Positions 35,701 through 49,556 of a stretch of 64,000 nucleotides of DNA are shown here, piece after piece. The notes beneath the pieces were generated by a model. The model saw nothing but the letters and a program-made list of their open reading frames with translations, was not told the origin of the DNA and ran no database searches. Within the stretch, counting starts at the first letter, position 1, and every line of letters begins with the position of its first letter. The position numbers were made by a program, and so were the translations under genes. The stretch is from assembly GCA_010093705.1 (NCBI GenBank), contig MU006106.1, positions 1 to 64,000 of the forward strand. The letters are read 5' to 3'. The stretch comes from Patellaria atrata CBS 101060 (taxonomy: Eukaryota).

Positions 35701-37301
35701 GCTGGGAAACTGGACCTGCGAAACTGTTTGCTGGTGTTGCCGGAACAGGGATGGAGGCATCGGCAGAGTTCGACTGTGAGGATATGGTTGATTCACCAGA
35801 ACCCTGGACCACCAGCCCAGGATATCTCTTACCCTGGCGGATAGATGCATTATGTATTATCCACCATGAGCTAAGAATGCCTTCGTGATTGAGAACCATG
35901 AGAGCAGGCACAGGTGTAGGTGATTCATCCATTTCATCTGAGGGGATAGGCCGGAGCACTCTCTCCTTGGCGGACAAGTCTAGGTCCATACCAATCGCCG
36001 AGGAGTCCATACCTTCGTCGGTAATTGGAAGGGCCGCCCGTCGAGAATCAATGGCCATGGCGGTAGTAGTGTATACCTGTGTAATCTCTGACCCCGGGAC
36101 GTCCGCGGATAGAGCACTGCTAGACTTCGTGATCATACCAATATTCCCATCAGAAGTGGACGATACAACGAGAAGATCATCGATATTCGGGGGGAATTCC
36201 CCAAGACGATTTATGAAATGGCCGGGTGGAGAGCGAGGCATGCCGAAAATGCCACATGGATCTGGTAATGCTCGAAACCCGCAGAAATTGCCTTCACGGT
36301 GAGCGTATAAAAAGGTAGATTGAGGTATCTCACCCGGTGGTGAAGTGGACGGGGTATATATAAGAAGGAACTCATTGGCAGCCTTTATGCTTGATTTGAG
36401 CCAGCAGACTGTTGATACTATATTTAATCAGTAAGTATTCTAAGCGATCAATAGCTGATGAAATACCATGTTGATCTCCTTGAATTTGAGGAGGTCTTGG
36501 AATCATCCCTTTGACCTCCCCAATTTGATCTAGTTGAAGTGCTGTCGCATTGCCTAATCCCGCAATGAGATGAGTCCCCTTGGGCGCCCAAGTCACGCAA
36601 CTCACGCCCTGCGCCAGGACTGGTCCATTATTTCCGCTGACCAGACTCCGACTCTGAAGATCTGCGAGCATCAGATTGCCTGTACCTGAAAGTACGGCAA
36701 ATATATGCGACTTTCCCGGGATAGGGTTCCGTACCAAAGACCTCACATTTCCATTCGTACTCATTTGAAACGCAGATTCCTTTCCGCCTTGCATAAGGGC
36801 ATTAATATCATATACCGCCAGTCCTCCTCCCTCCTCCGCTGCTATGACGAGGGAGCTTTCGTCTGAAGAGAATACGACGTGAGAAATTCGTACATTGGGC
36901 AAGACAAGCTGGGGCGTAAACGGTTTGATGTTGTTCTCGACGGTAACATCTGCTTTGAAAGCTTGTCTTACAGCCTCTGTGGAAGCTATGATAAGTCCTT
37001 CGGGGCCTGCGGCGGCAATCAGGCCTCGGCGAGAAGCTATACTCAGTAGTGATGATGTAGGAGGAGGTAAAGCATTTGATGGCCATGGCGTAGGTAACAA
37101 TCGAATTTTTGACTCTCCAGCCAGGGCATGGAATCCAAGTTGCTATACACGCACGCATCAGTCACTCTACACCAAAAGATCAATAGTTAGAAATGCGCGA
37201 TATCATACCTCTGTTTGTATTTCTTGTAGCTCTGGACCAGCTTGGGCCTGCATATTTACGCCTCCAACAGCGCCTGTAGTATTTGCAAAGCTGAATGCCA
37301 T
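32729..37301 (-). CDS. NUP159: Nucleoporin Nup159/Nup214 homolog
   Basis: MAFSF...GPELQEIQTE|QLGF, beta-propeller region (SLLSIASRRGLIAAAGP), central FG repeats (PSFG, AFG, GFKLGSTFKGD), C-terminal coiled coil (PTVEAVTNTILKMT). Confidence 0.92.
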
Positions 37302-37832
37302 CTTCGCCTTCAGATACTCAGATTTGATCTCGCGCGGCGGAGTGGTAACTTCTATCGATTTGCGCTGAGAGTCGACATGGGAGAAGGAGCTTAAAGAACG
37401 TGAGGCCCGCTGTCGAGGTGGGCTCGCGCGAAATAAATCAAAGCTTTTGGTGAATATCTTGAATGTAGTGGTATATTAGCCCAGTGCTCTTCGTGTTGTG
37501 TGAAGAGCTGCCAGGCAGTCAATGGGTTGAATATCTACCTCGTCACTGATGCTGCCGTTGCCTCTCATTCCTGCGGCGCGTCGGGTCGATGAGGTTGCAG
37601 CCAACAATTGCAGCCAAGACTTCGCGCTTGGAGCTCACGAAGCTCTTCGGAGCCTAGATACGACAAAACAACACCTTACACCTCAGTACTATAGTCAAAG
37701 TTAACCGTTTCTTCTTACCTCAGCTCTACAAGAGCGGAGTTTCCGACCCGTCACTTCCTTTGCACTGAACTGGGGTTTCAATAGCATCACTGCATCCTCT
37801 ACAAACTCTCCGCAAACAAGGTCACTATCGTC

Positions 37833-38746
37833 ATGCCTGGCTTCGACTTCTCAAATTACAATCGTAATGCAGCCTTACATGCTCAGGGTGTACCTCTTCC
37901 AAAAGCGACAAGTACCGGAACAACGATCGTAGGATGTATATACGATGGTGGAGTGGTGATAGCGGCAGATACCAGAGCCACCAGTGGACCCATAGTAGCT
38001 GACAAGGTGAGCTCGCACTCAATTATTATTGTTGTAGTCAAATAATTATTGTTTCCTTATCAGGACGGCAGACTGACAATTGAACCTAGAACTGTGAGAA
38101 ACTGCACTACATTACCCCCAATATCTGGTGTGCAGGTGCAGGTACCGCTGCAGATACCGAATTTACCACCGCCCTCATATCTTCCAACCTCGAGCTACAT
38201 GCCCTCTCTACCGGCCGCAAACCCCGTGTCGTGACATGCATGACGATGCTCAAGCAGCACCTATTCCGCTATCAAGGACATATTGGCGCCTACCTTGTCG
38301 TCGCGGGCGTGGATCCTACCGGCTATCACCTCTTTACCGTACACGCTCACGGCAGCACAGACAAGCTTCCTTATGTAACGATGGGTTCCGGATCGCTGGC
38401 TGCTATGTCGGTGTTTGAAACGCAATGGACGAAGAAATTGACCAAGGACGATGCTGTGAAGCTCTGCAGTGATGCAATCCAAGCCGGTATCTTCAACGAT
38501 TTAGGCTCAGGTAGCAACGTCGACGTGTGCGTAATCACGGACGAGAAGACCACGTTGATGAGGAATTATATCACGCCCAATGTAAGGGAGCAGAAACAGC
38601 GGAATTACAGGTTCAAGCGGGGAACGACCGCCGTGTTGAATGAAAAGATCATCACAAGGGAAGAAATCAGCAAATATGTTACTGTGCATGAGCTTGACGA
38701 CCCAAGCGTTTCCGCTGCGGCAGAGAAAATGGATGTGGATTCATAG
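37833..38746 (+). CDS. PUP1: 20S proteasome subunit beta-2, intron ~38007-38089
   Basis: Propeptide [12 protein letters not shown]...[55 protein letters not shown]. Confidence 0.97.
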
Positions 38747-39071
38747 AAGAGAGCTTGCGGCGCCGATGATTGTCTGCGTTTCCCACGGTTGGGACGGCTT
38801 ACATGTACAGTGTTAGATCTAAATATTACCACATGTCATGGCATCACATGAGTTACTAGCGCTGATCGTGTGTACACGTGCTCCTGCGGAACTCGCAGGT
38901 ATACTTTTGGATCTGTTTTTGGGATCTACCAAGTGAAATATTTTTCTCTTATCCGAACTCGCGTTCAAAATCCCCGCTCCGTCTCCAGTGCTGCGAACTC
39001 AACATACGTACATCATACAGTACTCTTCTCACCCAGAGCGCGCCATAATCCGCTCATTACCGAGAGATATA

Positions 39072-40660
39072 CTACTTGCATCTCTTCTCGACCAGACCCG
39101 CTCCATGCTCCTCATACTCTTTTCTACTTATCCACATTTGGTGGAAAGTACCTAAACTGGCCAAAATGCTGCCTCCAATCCAGCTCGCAAATTTCCTCTC
39201 CACTGGGTTGCCAGGCGCGTGCAGCCTAACCCTAACATTTGGGTAGGCCGCTTCAAGCTCTCTCTTCACTCTTTCATGAAGATGGGTTATGAGCGTTGAA
39301 CCACCAACTAAGACAACATTTGCAAGAAGAGCTGGTCTAGTATCAACATCTACAGAATTGAGGGACGCGATGATAAGATTCGGGATGGTATGCTCCAATT
39401 TTGGGGCGCGATTCTCCGCATCCGTATATGCACCTTCGTGGTCGAACATGCCCTCGATGACCTTGAACCTTTCCACCTGAAAAATCTGGTTCCAGCCATC
39501 GGGCATCTCAAAAGGTCGAGCACCCGGTGCAGCCTTTGCACGCTCTTCATTGGTCATCCCCTGAGAAGACGTACTTAATCTTCCAAACTCGTGGTACCAA
39601 GTCGTCACGACAGATTCTTTGAATTCGGTGAGAACGCGCTCTTCTTCAAGACGGCGGAAAGAGTCAGTTGGAGGGATTTCGTACTTCTTATAGGTGGCAT
39701 TTGAAGGAGCGCCAGCATCAACGGGTACTTTGGACGTTACCATGTAGTGGGGTGTTAAGGGGACAGGAGGCTGAGATTGGGCGAACATGAGCCGGATTTG
39801 CTGCGAAATCCAGTTCCCTGCTAGAGGGGATTTTCGCACACCTGAGTGTATGTTAGCCAAATGTTGTATATGAATCCGAATGATACATACTCTTTTTGAG
39901 AATCATACCATCTACAACTGGACTCACAGACAACTGTGAAGCTCCAATATCGATAACCAGCGCTGTCGGTTTACCCGCTGAAAAACTACGTAGCATTTAG
40001 TAATTTGATGAGTGGCTATTTTGATGCTCCCCACCTACGCCGCCAAAACTCCTGATCGTTGTAAATAAAAGCCTGGAGTACCCCATTCTTCCATAGCAGC
40101 TTCCAAGCTTTTTTCCCTCCACTTGACTGGATTCCAAGCCGGTTCAGTCATCAACAATGGGTTATCGACTAGGGGCTTCTCCAAGTCATCCAATTCTTCC
40201 ATATCGACGTCCATCACATCACCATCAACGGGGTCATTGAGTCCATTCCTGATTGCTGGAGTGGGTTTCGCGCCCAGTAATCGAGAGGTTAGTGAGTATT
40301 CCCACAGCTTCCATGCGGCATCCCAATCTTCAACGATACCGTCCTGAGACATTGGATTTTTGATATGAAGGTGAGGTATAGGATTGTGGATCGCATTTTC
40401 ACCATAAAGCACTTGAGTCGCTCCACCGGGAGGTTCAAGGCCACCGTAGTATGTAGGGACCACAGATTTGGGAACGTCCTCACCAGCGAAGCCCGCGCGG
40501 ACGGTGGAGTATCCAGGATCAAGAACGATCGCGGAGACCTCATCTAAAGTTGATGGCAAGTATTAGCTACTGATTCGGAGAATGCGACGTGTTAGACCAC
40601 TTTACCTCCAGCGTACTCTGCAGCTGACGGCGCGTTCAGCGAAGACATTAGGCTAGCCAT
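39072..40660 (-). CDS. ARP4: Actin-related protein 4, multi-exon (start 40660 or 40648)
   Basis: [76 protein letters not shown]. Confidence 0.93.
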
Positions 40661-40989
40661 GCTTCAAGGACAGGCTAGAAGCTCTAAAGTGTGATAATTC
40701 TATTCATTCAGCAGCATTGACGCGTGAAACAAAGTTTCAAAAGCGAGAAGGGTGCGTTGTCACGGAAGAGAGTATGGATTGTTTTTTCATTTTGCGGTCC
40801 TGGATTGAGCTCTATCCATACTTTCCCTTGGCGAAATGGTGGGACTTCAGCTTCTCCTGCAACACTGTAAGTCTCCATTTCTCTCGCTCTCTACATACTT
40901 CTGAAGTGCAATACTGAATGAACTGGGTCGCATGAGCTCAGAACACTCGTTTATAGGGGTTTGAAATGGTCTGAAGTCTTCCAAGCGCC

Positions 40990-43084
40990 ATGTCGTGGAT
41001 GCACTACCTCCAGAGGCTCTACTCTCTCGACACTCTCGACACCCGTTTCACCATATCGACCAAAACACCTACCAAACCAGCTGCAGTCGAGCTTCAAGTA
41101 GATCCAGCGAGACATTCTTCTGATGAATTGCGGGAAAGGGACGCGACGCGAAAATCTACTGCTAACACTCAGTCTTCAAGATGGAACACACCCGAATTCT
41201 ATTTCTATTTCTTTGTAATATTAATTATTATACCTTTGATGTTCAAAGCCGTCATCGAGGTATCACAGGGTCAGCAATGTCCTACTCATTAATCAGTCAA
41301 GGTAGCTCATGGTCTATATCACTCAGAATCCCATCCCGTATATCCTAGATACGCCCATCTCCTATCCGAAGGGTGGATACCTGGCCGCAAAGTTGTACGC
41401 ATTTGAAACGACCAAATGCTCAATACATACTGATGGGATTGATAGGACAATTCAGACGCACAGTATGCATCGTTCAGAGATAATATACCTCATATGATTC
41501 TTGTTGTCGCTTTACATCCTCTCCTCCGCAAAACGTACGACTATATTTGCCGTGCTGATACTTATACACGCGTTCCCCAACCCGACTCGCGCCCTAATGG
41601 GCACCTAACCCAAGGATTATCTGCTCTAGCAGCAGCCGATGCTCGCATGGAGCAACGGATCTCTTTCGACATCTTCTTTACTTCCGTCTTTTTGGCTGCT
41701 TTGCATGGCTTTTCAGCTCCAAAGGTAGTCCTCATTTTGTATCTTAACTACAAAATGGCGAAAACACTTCCGAAGTCCTACATCCCATTCTGTACTTGGA
41801 TTTTCAATATCTCAGTTCTGTTTGCGAATGAAATTTATAGAGGGTATTCGTATGCGAAATTTGCGGGCTTCTTCTTCCCTTCTATACCCTCTACTGAGGC
41901 TAAAGACCAAGACGCTACGTTTCATTGGGCATCGACGCTGGATAAATATGGTGGCCTAGTTCCACGGTGGGAGGTTCTTTTCAATCTCACTGTTTTGCGG
42001 TTGATCAGCTTCAACATGGATTATTACTGGAGCTTTAACCAGAGTGGTGGTAGTCCCATTGAGGTACGGCATCATTGCTTCTTTCAAATCCAGAATAATC
42101 ACTCACGCGCACAAGAAGAAACAACTTGACCCTTCGAATCTGTCTGAACGGGATCGTATATGTATTCCAGCGAAGAGTGCCGACTTCTCATTCCGGAACT
42201 ACTTCGCCTACATTCTTTATTCCCCCTTATATCTCACTGGTCCGATCATTACGTTCAACGATTTCATGTCTCAATCCCGCTACCGTCCCGGGAGTATCAC
42301 CCGCTCCCGCACCGCCCTATATGGTATCCGGTTCTTAATCTGCCTCCTCGCTATGGAACTGATAATTCACTTCATGTACGCCATCGCTATCTCGAAATCA
42401 GACCCGGATTGGTCAGTCTACACTCCTTTCCAGCTCAGCATGCTAGGCTTCTTCAACCTCCACCATATCTGGCTCAAACTCCTGCTTCCCTGGCGGTTCT
42501 TTCGTTTTTGGTCTCTCCTCGACGGCATTGACCCGCCGGAAAATATGGTACGGTGCATGAGTAATAATTACTCGATGCTTTCGTTCTGGCGGGGTTGGCA
42601 TCGTAGCTTCAATCGATGGATTGTACGGTATCTCTATATACCGCTTGGTGGCAGTGGTACGACAGGGGCCTGGGGGACCGTGAGAAGCATTGCGAATTAC
42701 CTCGCTGTGTTTACCTTCGTGGCATTGTGGCACGATCTCCAGTTGAGACTCCTAATGTGGGGATGGCTCATAACTTTCTTCGTTGTCCCAGAGATTGTTG
42801 CGAAGATGCTGTTTCCCCGCCGGAAGTTCAAGGGCAGACCCACTCTTTATCGGATGTTAGGTGGTATAGGCGCGGTGGGTAACATTCTACCCATGATGGC
42901 GGCGAATTTGGTAGGGTTTGCGGTTGGATTAGATGGCTTGCAGGGTCTGGTGCATGGCATTGTAGGGAGTTATTACGGGGTCGCCTTTTTGGTCGCTTCT
43001 TGTGCTACTTTGTTTGTCGGGGCTCAAGTCATGTTCGAACTTAGAGAGGAGGAGCTGCGGCGTGGGATAAACTTGAAGTGCTAG
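40990..43084 (+). CDS. GUP1: MBOAT acyltransferase / glycerol uptake protein, 4 exons
   Basis: LYSLDTLDTRF, RWNTPEFY, GWIPGRKV|DNSDAQY, DGIDPPENMVRCMSNNYS, FWRGWHRSFNRW, FVALWHD. Confidence 0.95.
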
Positions 43085-44419
43085 GGAAATATGGTCTGTA
43101 AGTAAGGTAAACATTTACATTTTATAAAAAGGAACGCCATATATTTTTTCACTACATCCAGCCAACATGGAAATAACATATATCTGAGCGGTATATAGCA
43201 AGTCTTAAATGAGGTTCACCGCAGGAGATCTGTTTTCAGAATTCAATTAAGGTCCTTCCAGGTTAGAGTATATGTAAAGTGTCATCGAGAAGTTGAAACG
43301 CTCCGAAAGTGGGACTAGTGGAAAAGGAAGTGTTCCAACCCATCAGAAGAGCAAGATACAATGAAAATTTAGTTGAATCAGATATGGAAAGACTGGAGAA
43401 CCCTAAGATGAAATATTATCAAGGAAGGAGAAAAAAAGAAAAAAGACTCTGGATTGAACCAGCAATGTTGTGTTTCCAAATATTTTGTGAATGGAGTTTG
43501 CTGGGCGCTTCAAGGTCACTTCTGGTAAAAGGCAAGAAATGAGTTCTGTAGAGCGTCCCACTCCGTTATTTTTTTCAACAATCTAAAATATATAATCAAT
43601 AAATTAAAAGACCCGAAGGGGAATCATAATGAGCCAATGAAAACATCTACATGAGTTGCACCGAAGTTATCCCGGTATATTCAGCGACTTCAGGCGGCCA
43701 CGTCAACCCCGCCATAGTCAGGTTTATCGTCAGAAGCACATATATTAGGTATAACTACCGAAACATTAGAATTACACCTCGACTTTATCACAACCAAATC
43801 TTCAGCATCACCAAAGCTACAGCTGATTTTTTTTACATCGTTCAAAGAACCGTATTAGAGAGCTGATAAGGCTTAAGTATCAGACCAAGTCATGTAAAGA
43901 TACATCGACTTGCTAATTCCTTTGAAACCAAAAGTCTCGAAACCAACCAAAGCTTTCCAGGCGATATTAGGTATAGCTTGTATAGATACCTTACCCAGAG
44001 TGCGGCCGAGGGCAGTACCCAAGTAAGTTGGGTGGTAAACGGATGGTTGGAGTTTCATTCTCTAAGCAGGAAAGCACCCTCACAAACATGATTATTTAAG
44101 ATACTCGTTCTTTTTTTTTTTTGAAAAAAAAACAAAAAAAGAACTCTGCTAATTGGAAAAGTGTTCAGTGGTGCACGTGTGAACGCTGACTACCAAGGCC
44201 ATATGTCAGATATAAGCCTTACTGCCAAACTCGGCATTAAGGTCGGCCTTTTGCCGTAGTGGTATAATCTCACACCATAGTCATGAGGTTTACAGGTAGA
44301 GGATCTCGTAAAGACTCTGATACAGAACATAGAGACCTTATGTGATCTGTATGAGTTGATCCCATAAACCTTTCTGCAACAACGGCGTTTTTATAGCATC
44401 TCACAACAGGCCCCGCCAC

Positions 44420-46415
44420 GTCCTTTCTCCTAGGCAAGAAGTCTAGACACAAGCTTTCCTGGTCGAAAGACCACACCAAAATGATCCTGTCCAGATGATT
44501 CGAAGCTCTGCGGTTCCTGTCCCTTTCATAGCTGCCGCGTGAAGTTGTGGACCAAATGTGCCATCACCAGCGAAATTTCAGCTAATTCCAGAGGCCTTCC
44601 GACACAGTTGTACGGACCTAATCAATATTAGAGAATATCATTAAGATGCCATAGATACCAACGAACCAATAGAGAAAGGGAGGAATGCCAATCTGTTCTT
44701 GACCAGATCTGTTTGTGTGGTCCAACGCTCTGGAATCCATTCATCTAGCCGTGCAAAATACCTTTCGTCTATTATGCATCTTCGTTAACCAGAAGACTTT
44801 TTTTTCCTCGAAAAAATTAACTCTGGGATATAAATCACCGCGGAAAATAGTGTAACTCGGTACTTTTATCACACAGTTACCAGGAATGGACGTCTCTCCA
44901 ATTTGGAAACCTTGTAGTAGGCTTACCCTTTCGCCGCCGTTCGGGACGAGAGGTTGAAGACGGAATGTTTCGAACATGACAGAGTTCAGAACTGGATGAT
45001 ATTCTCTTGGATTAAAGGAACCCGATTCCAGTAATGGATCGACTTCTTCTTGGAGCCGCTTAAGGGCTTCGGGGCGCGTAGCAAGGTAAAACGAGAGCGA
45101 TATCACAGCCGAGGAGACGTTTCCACCTTTCCAATTAATGATCAAAGGGAAAGGCAATGTAAGCCAGCGTCACAACTCACCTGCCCGCTACCATGGCCAA
45201 TCTAGCTTCCCATGACATCGGAAATCCCGCGCCTCTACCATCCTTTTCTGAAGGGAGCAAATAAGAAAAGGGGTCAGATACATCTGAATGTATCTGCTTC
45301 AATTTAAACTAGACAGACATTGTAGATTACATTGCAATCACTTACCTTCCTGCGTTCATCAATCATGCGAGTTGCAAGACGCGTAAAGATGTCATTCTCC
45401 GCAATCAGAAATGGAAATATCTGCGCTACAGAATAGAGCCAAGGTACATGGCTATAGGTGCCGATGGGCCGTTAGCTCTTACGAAGTTGTTCATAAGACT
45501 TCGAAACTTCGTTATTCCAATGTACTTCTTTATCGCTGTCTTGCGAAAAAAAGACAAAAAGATAAACGCCATGAGCTTAAACGCAAACAGCTCAAATACT
45601 GTCACGATGTCAACGTTTAGGGCGGCAATTCGGAGCGACTGTACAAGATCTGTGGTTTTCAGTTGGATCTTTAGTATGTGGTTCGCCATTTCTGAGAGCG
45701 GTAAGCAAAATTTTAGACAGCATTACATACAACACACCAAGGAAGCCTCGCTCCCACATTAGTCTTTGTTTTGCGTGCAGCACAGGACCTCGCGTTCGGT
45801 GTGGATCGTAACCTGTGCCTCCCATATCGTACCATGGACCTTTGAGACACTCTGAGGAAGTCCCATAGATCTCCTTGATAGCATGGACGTTGTTTATTGA
45901 AAGTTCCTGAGGACCTGTCAATTTCAAATTAGTCCGTGGGAATCCTCAGATCCAGCAGCACATGCACCTCAAGGCTCACTTCACTCACCCGTGCGAACGA
46001 CATGTCCATATTTTGAGTGAAGATGATGCAGTACTGCATGGTACCTCTGCGTCTTATGTGCGATATATGCGCTTCGCCCATTTTGTCAAAGCAACCTACT
46101 CCCGAGAAAGTTGCGGCATCGATGGAACAATAATCGGTATGTGGCAATGCTGAAGGTCAGTGCAAGCTGGTATGATGCAAACAATATCGTTGCTACGAAC
46201 GAAGCTTCAAAAACGGAGGTACACAGAAGCACACATAACAATAGAAGGGTCGAATAAGCCGTGATAAAGAAGATGATGATTGCCCCGGCCTGTTTATTCA
46301 GCTCTCCACGAATGAAGTACAGGAGGTGAGAAGGAACGCCGAACGCAGCGAAAACAGACACAGCGGAGGATAAGCTGGCCAGGCAGCCTAAACCGAATGT
46401 CATTCCCATTATCAT
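44420..46415 (-). pseudogene. Cytochrome P450 pseudogene
   Basis: TM N-terminus, YRLLFH, KYGHVVRTG|PQELS, CLKGPWYD, ETFRLQP (ExxR), PERW, heme loop FLPFSIG|PYNCVG. Several frameshifts and stops, e.g. near 46086. Confidence 0.85.
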
Positions 46416-46718
46416 CGCGAGGCTGGAACCTACCTTACGGTACCTTCCGTTAATGAGAGGTGAATACCTTAAGGAAAGGTAATCTAGGTAAGGCTTCCAT
46501 TTGATGCGACGCGCCGGGGAGTTTGCCTTCTATACATACGAGTAATAATGAGGCGAAATGGACTGAGCGAACACTGCCCGAATAGGCAATGGCGGTTCAC
46601 TGCCCGGTTTACACGCGACTTCCCGCCGTGGACGGCTTACCGTCGGGTATGTTTGCCCCTGGATCCTATTTTCTTCTTTGAGAAATTCTGCGGCTGTGCT
46701 GTCTCCCGGCCCGTTGTC

Positions 46719-48712
46719 ATGGCCCCTCCCTTCCCTTCCTCCTCACCCTTTTGCAATGTCTTAGAACTAATCCCTCCCGATGATACCGGCAACAATCAAG
46801 GTTGTCCAGCACATGGGCAAACTGCGCAAGGGCCTGAAACTGAGGATCTTGAGGATAGTTCTGATACCGGTCCTAAGAAGACGGGTGACCAAACTATAGC
46901 CCAAAGCGCTGAAAGCAGTGAGACACTACTCCAGAGCAGTCCTAACGACGGAACACATCAGACACATCAGAATATCGAACCACTATCTCTTACTACCACC
47001 TTTCAAGATCAAAGCTCCCTTTACCACAACACTTCGTCTAACTCCAACTCGAGCAGCAATCGACAAGCAAATAGTGAGTTGCACAAATCATCCAAGTTGC
47101 TGTTACCGAAAGCTCAAGTACTGCAAACTGTTCGGAATGATCATGTGGCGAAAGATGAACGGCAAGTTCGAGGAGACGAATGGAGGAAATTAAGCCGGAA
47201 AACTTTACTACCTGGGTGTGCAGTATATGCCCCGAATGAGCGCAACCCAAAGAGACGACGTAAAGAAACTCCACCCGCCGATATTACTCCTGCTCGTGCT
47301 TCGAAGTTCCAGAAGAAATCTGGCCAAGCTTGTGCGAGATGCAAGCTTCCTGTGAAAGGTGCACGTCCCTACCGCATTGGCGACCTCTCTGCGCTCGTGC
47401 TATGTTTTCGAACGAGACCGCTTCCAACAATGGTAAGATAAGCAGTACTACTTCTACTTCTCAAGTTTCTGAAGCCCAGGTTTATATAAAGCTCGTGCGA
47501 CCATCTTGTTGCGCAACGTGAAACGATGGCATCCGCAGGCCACTCATCCTCAAATTGACATCAAGGTCGTCATCGGATTTCCTCCAGCTCTACATATACA
47601 GGTAAATGCTTTCGAAACCATAGATGCGAAGCTACTTGAGCATGTGAACTTTCCAACCTTAACGAGCACCTTTCTTGGGACGACCAGAACACAACCGTTC
47701 AGTTTGTATAATTTTTGTCGTGAAGACTGTAGCATTAGACAGTTTCTTCGATCAACTTCTACCTTATCTTATGGTGGATCAATTCAAAGTGTGTTCAGAT
47801 GGTTTCTCGAGAAAAGTGTTTCAAACCGTTTATCACTTCAGCCGCGAATCTGAGAGACCGGAGGTATACATCAACCTGGCCTGTCTTCAATCAATGAGAC
47901 AAACTCACTAACAAGATCAGGCTCCTATGTTAAAAAGTATCCTAAGGGTATGAACCGCTCAGAACATGTTCTTCGGTCGTATTTAGCGATTGAGCGAAGG
48001 TGGAGAACGCGTAGGCGCCATCATACATCCCGAGATCGGTGCCTATGACGTCCCTCGGTCTCTCTATTGGCAACTCGACTGCATAGCTGAGAGATATGTG
48101 TACGAATAGGAGCTCGCCGTTCTGAAAGATTTGGAGAGTTTTAGGTTTGCCCGCAAGAAGTCGGCCTGGCCTTCCGTCATCCTCACTACGTACATTTATC
48201 TCACCGTCCTGGAGCGGGACAGTTGGAATTTGGAGAACTGGAAGGTGAAGTCGCGACGGTGTGCTTCTGGTACAAAAGTGACAAATAATCCCGTAAGTGC
48301 TGTAGATTGTATACCTGGTTTTCTGCACTAATTGTCTCCCAGACAACGGTGTGGCCTCTTACGGAATTACCCCAGTCATTGCTAGGGAAGAATGAGGCTA
48401 GAGTTCGATTAATATCATCTCATATCCGAACAATTTCGCGCGGAAGTGCGCCCTTCTTCAAAGATATTTCTGAAAACGTGAAAGCGAGAGTGAAGAGCAA
48501 CATGCAGGATGTTGACTTATTTACTGATATGTTGACAGATGACTTCGATGCCTTTTGTGAGTTCCCTATAGTTTTGGTGGTATTCACTGTACTCACTGGA
48601 ATACAGGTCAGCACCTGCTTCTGAGCAGATCCTGCACTTATTCAGAAGACGATTGGAGTTCTTTTGATTATAAGTTCTCAAGTATGATGAATATGGACGA
48701 GATCGATGGATG
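46719..48712 (+). pseudogene. Zn-cluster-like transcription factor pseudogene
   Basis: ACARCK followed, in a shifted frame, by CERC..W..LCARA (cluster with internal deletion). In-frame TGA at 47951 and TAG at 47984 in the downstream domain. KSAWPSVILTTYIYLTVLERDSWNLENW. Confidence 0.6.
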
Positions 48713-49556
48713 AATTATCCAAGTGTTTGCATGCATAGCGCTTGCAGTAAAGCGATGTGACTGAGCCTCTCTATAGAAGGAAGGTTCATGTTTTTTTCAA
48801 TTATGATTCGCCTAGAGGATAGAAGTAGGGTGTGATACTGGTACGAAGGACGTTGACTCGAGGTATCAGGACGTACTGCACCTAAGACTCATGCAATTAT
48901 CGTAGGGTTTTTAGCCTTAGCAAATACCAGTCCAGTTGCTATTTTTCTAAGGCTAGAGTCACCTTTTTAATCAACATAAACCTCTACCCGACTAGGAATT
49001 ATTCAACGAGTAGGGTACCATTTGTTGATAACGAATGCTCTACTCATTGATATCGATCTGAGTCAACTCCATGGGAAACTGCTCATATCCCGGGTATAGA
49101 TTTATGACGACGTCGGAGATGGGTGGGATGAAAAAGCCCCAAATCTGCCAGATGACTCTGTGGAGAAGCTACATGACTTGTTAAGGGAATATGGCTTGGT
49201 GTCAAGGTACGGAATTGCTCTTCTCTTAGAGGGTGCGCACGATGCGTCCAAGCCGCCGCGCCTGGACTATATGGCTGGGAGGGCAAGCGTGACAGTGCCG
49301 TATACGAGATTCATTCAAGATGACCTAAGCTAGCATAGAAGATGATGATCTCTTCCCATGCGTTGATTCACTCTAAGAAGGGGACGGGAGCATGATGGCT
49401 CGCGGATGTGTCACTGTATTGTGTGCATTAGCACTGAGCGATATGTTTACTTCAGCATGTGGCACCCAAGGTTATAAGCATTCACACCTGAGTATAGCTT
49501 TCTAATTCAAATTCTTGATCTACCTCGTGAAATTCCGCTTTGATATTACTACCGGA

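Noticed and set aside
33039..37368. Many 100-170 aa ORFs overlapping NUP159
   Set aside because: Alternative-frame or antisense shadows of a low-complexity coding region.
40720..40725. ACGCGT (MCB-like) hexamers near ARP4/GUP1 and at 57667 before SMC4
   Set aside because: Single hexamers are expected by chance, and the SMC4 one is only ~12 nt from the ATG.
44111..44140. T12-G-A9 hairpin-like tract
   Set aside because: Simple homopolymer juxtaposition with no element structure.
47951..47986. In-frame stops in the TF-like gene as editing or readthrough candidates
   Set aside because: They include a TGA and co-occur with frameshifts and a deleted Zn cluster, so ordinary pseudogenisation is the better explanation.
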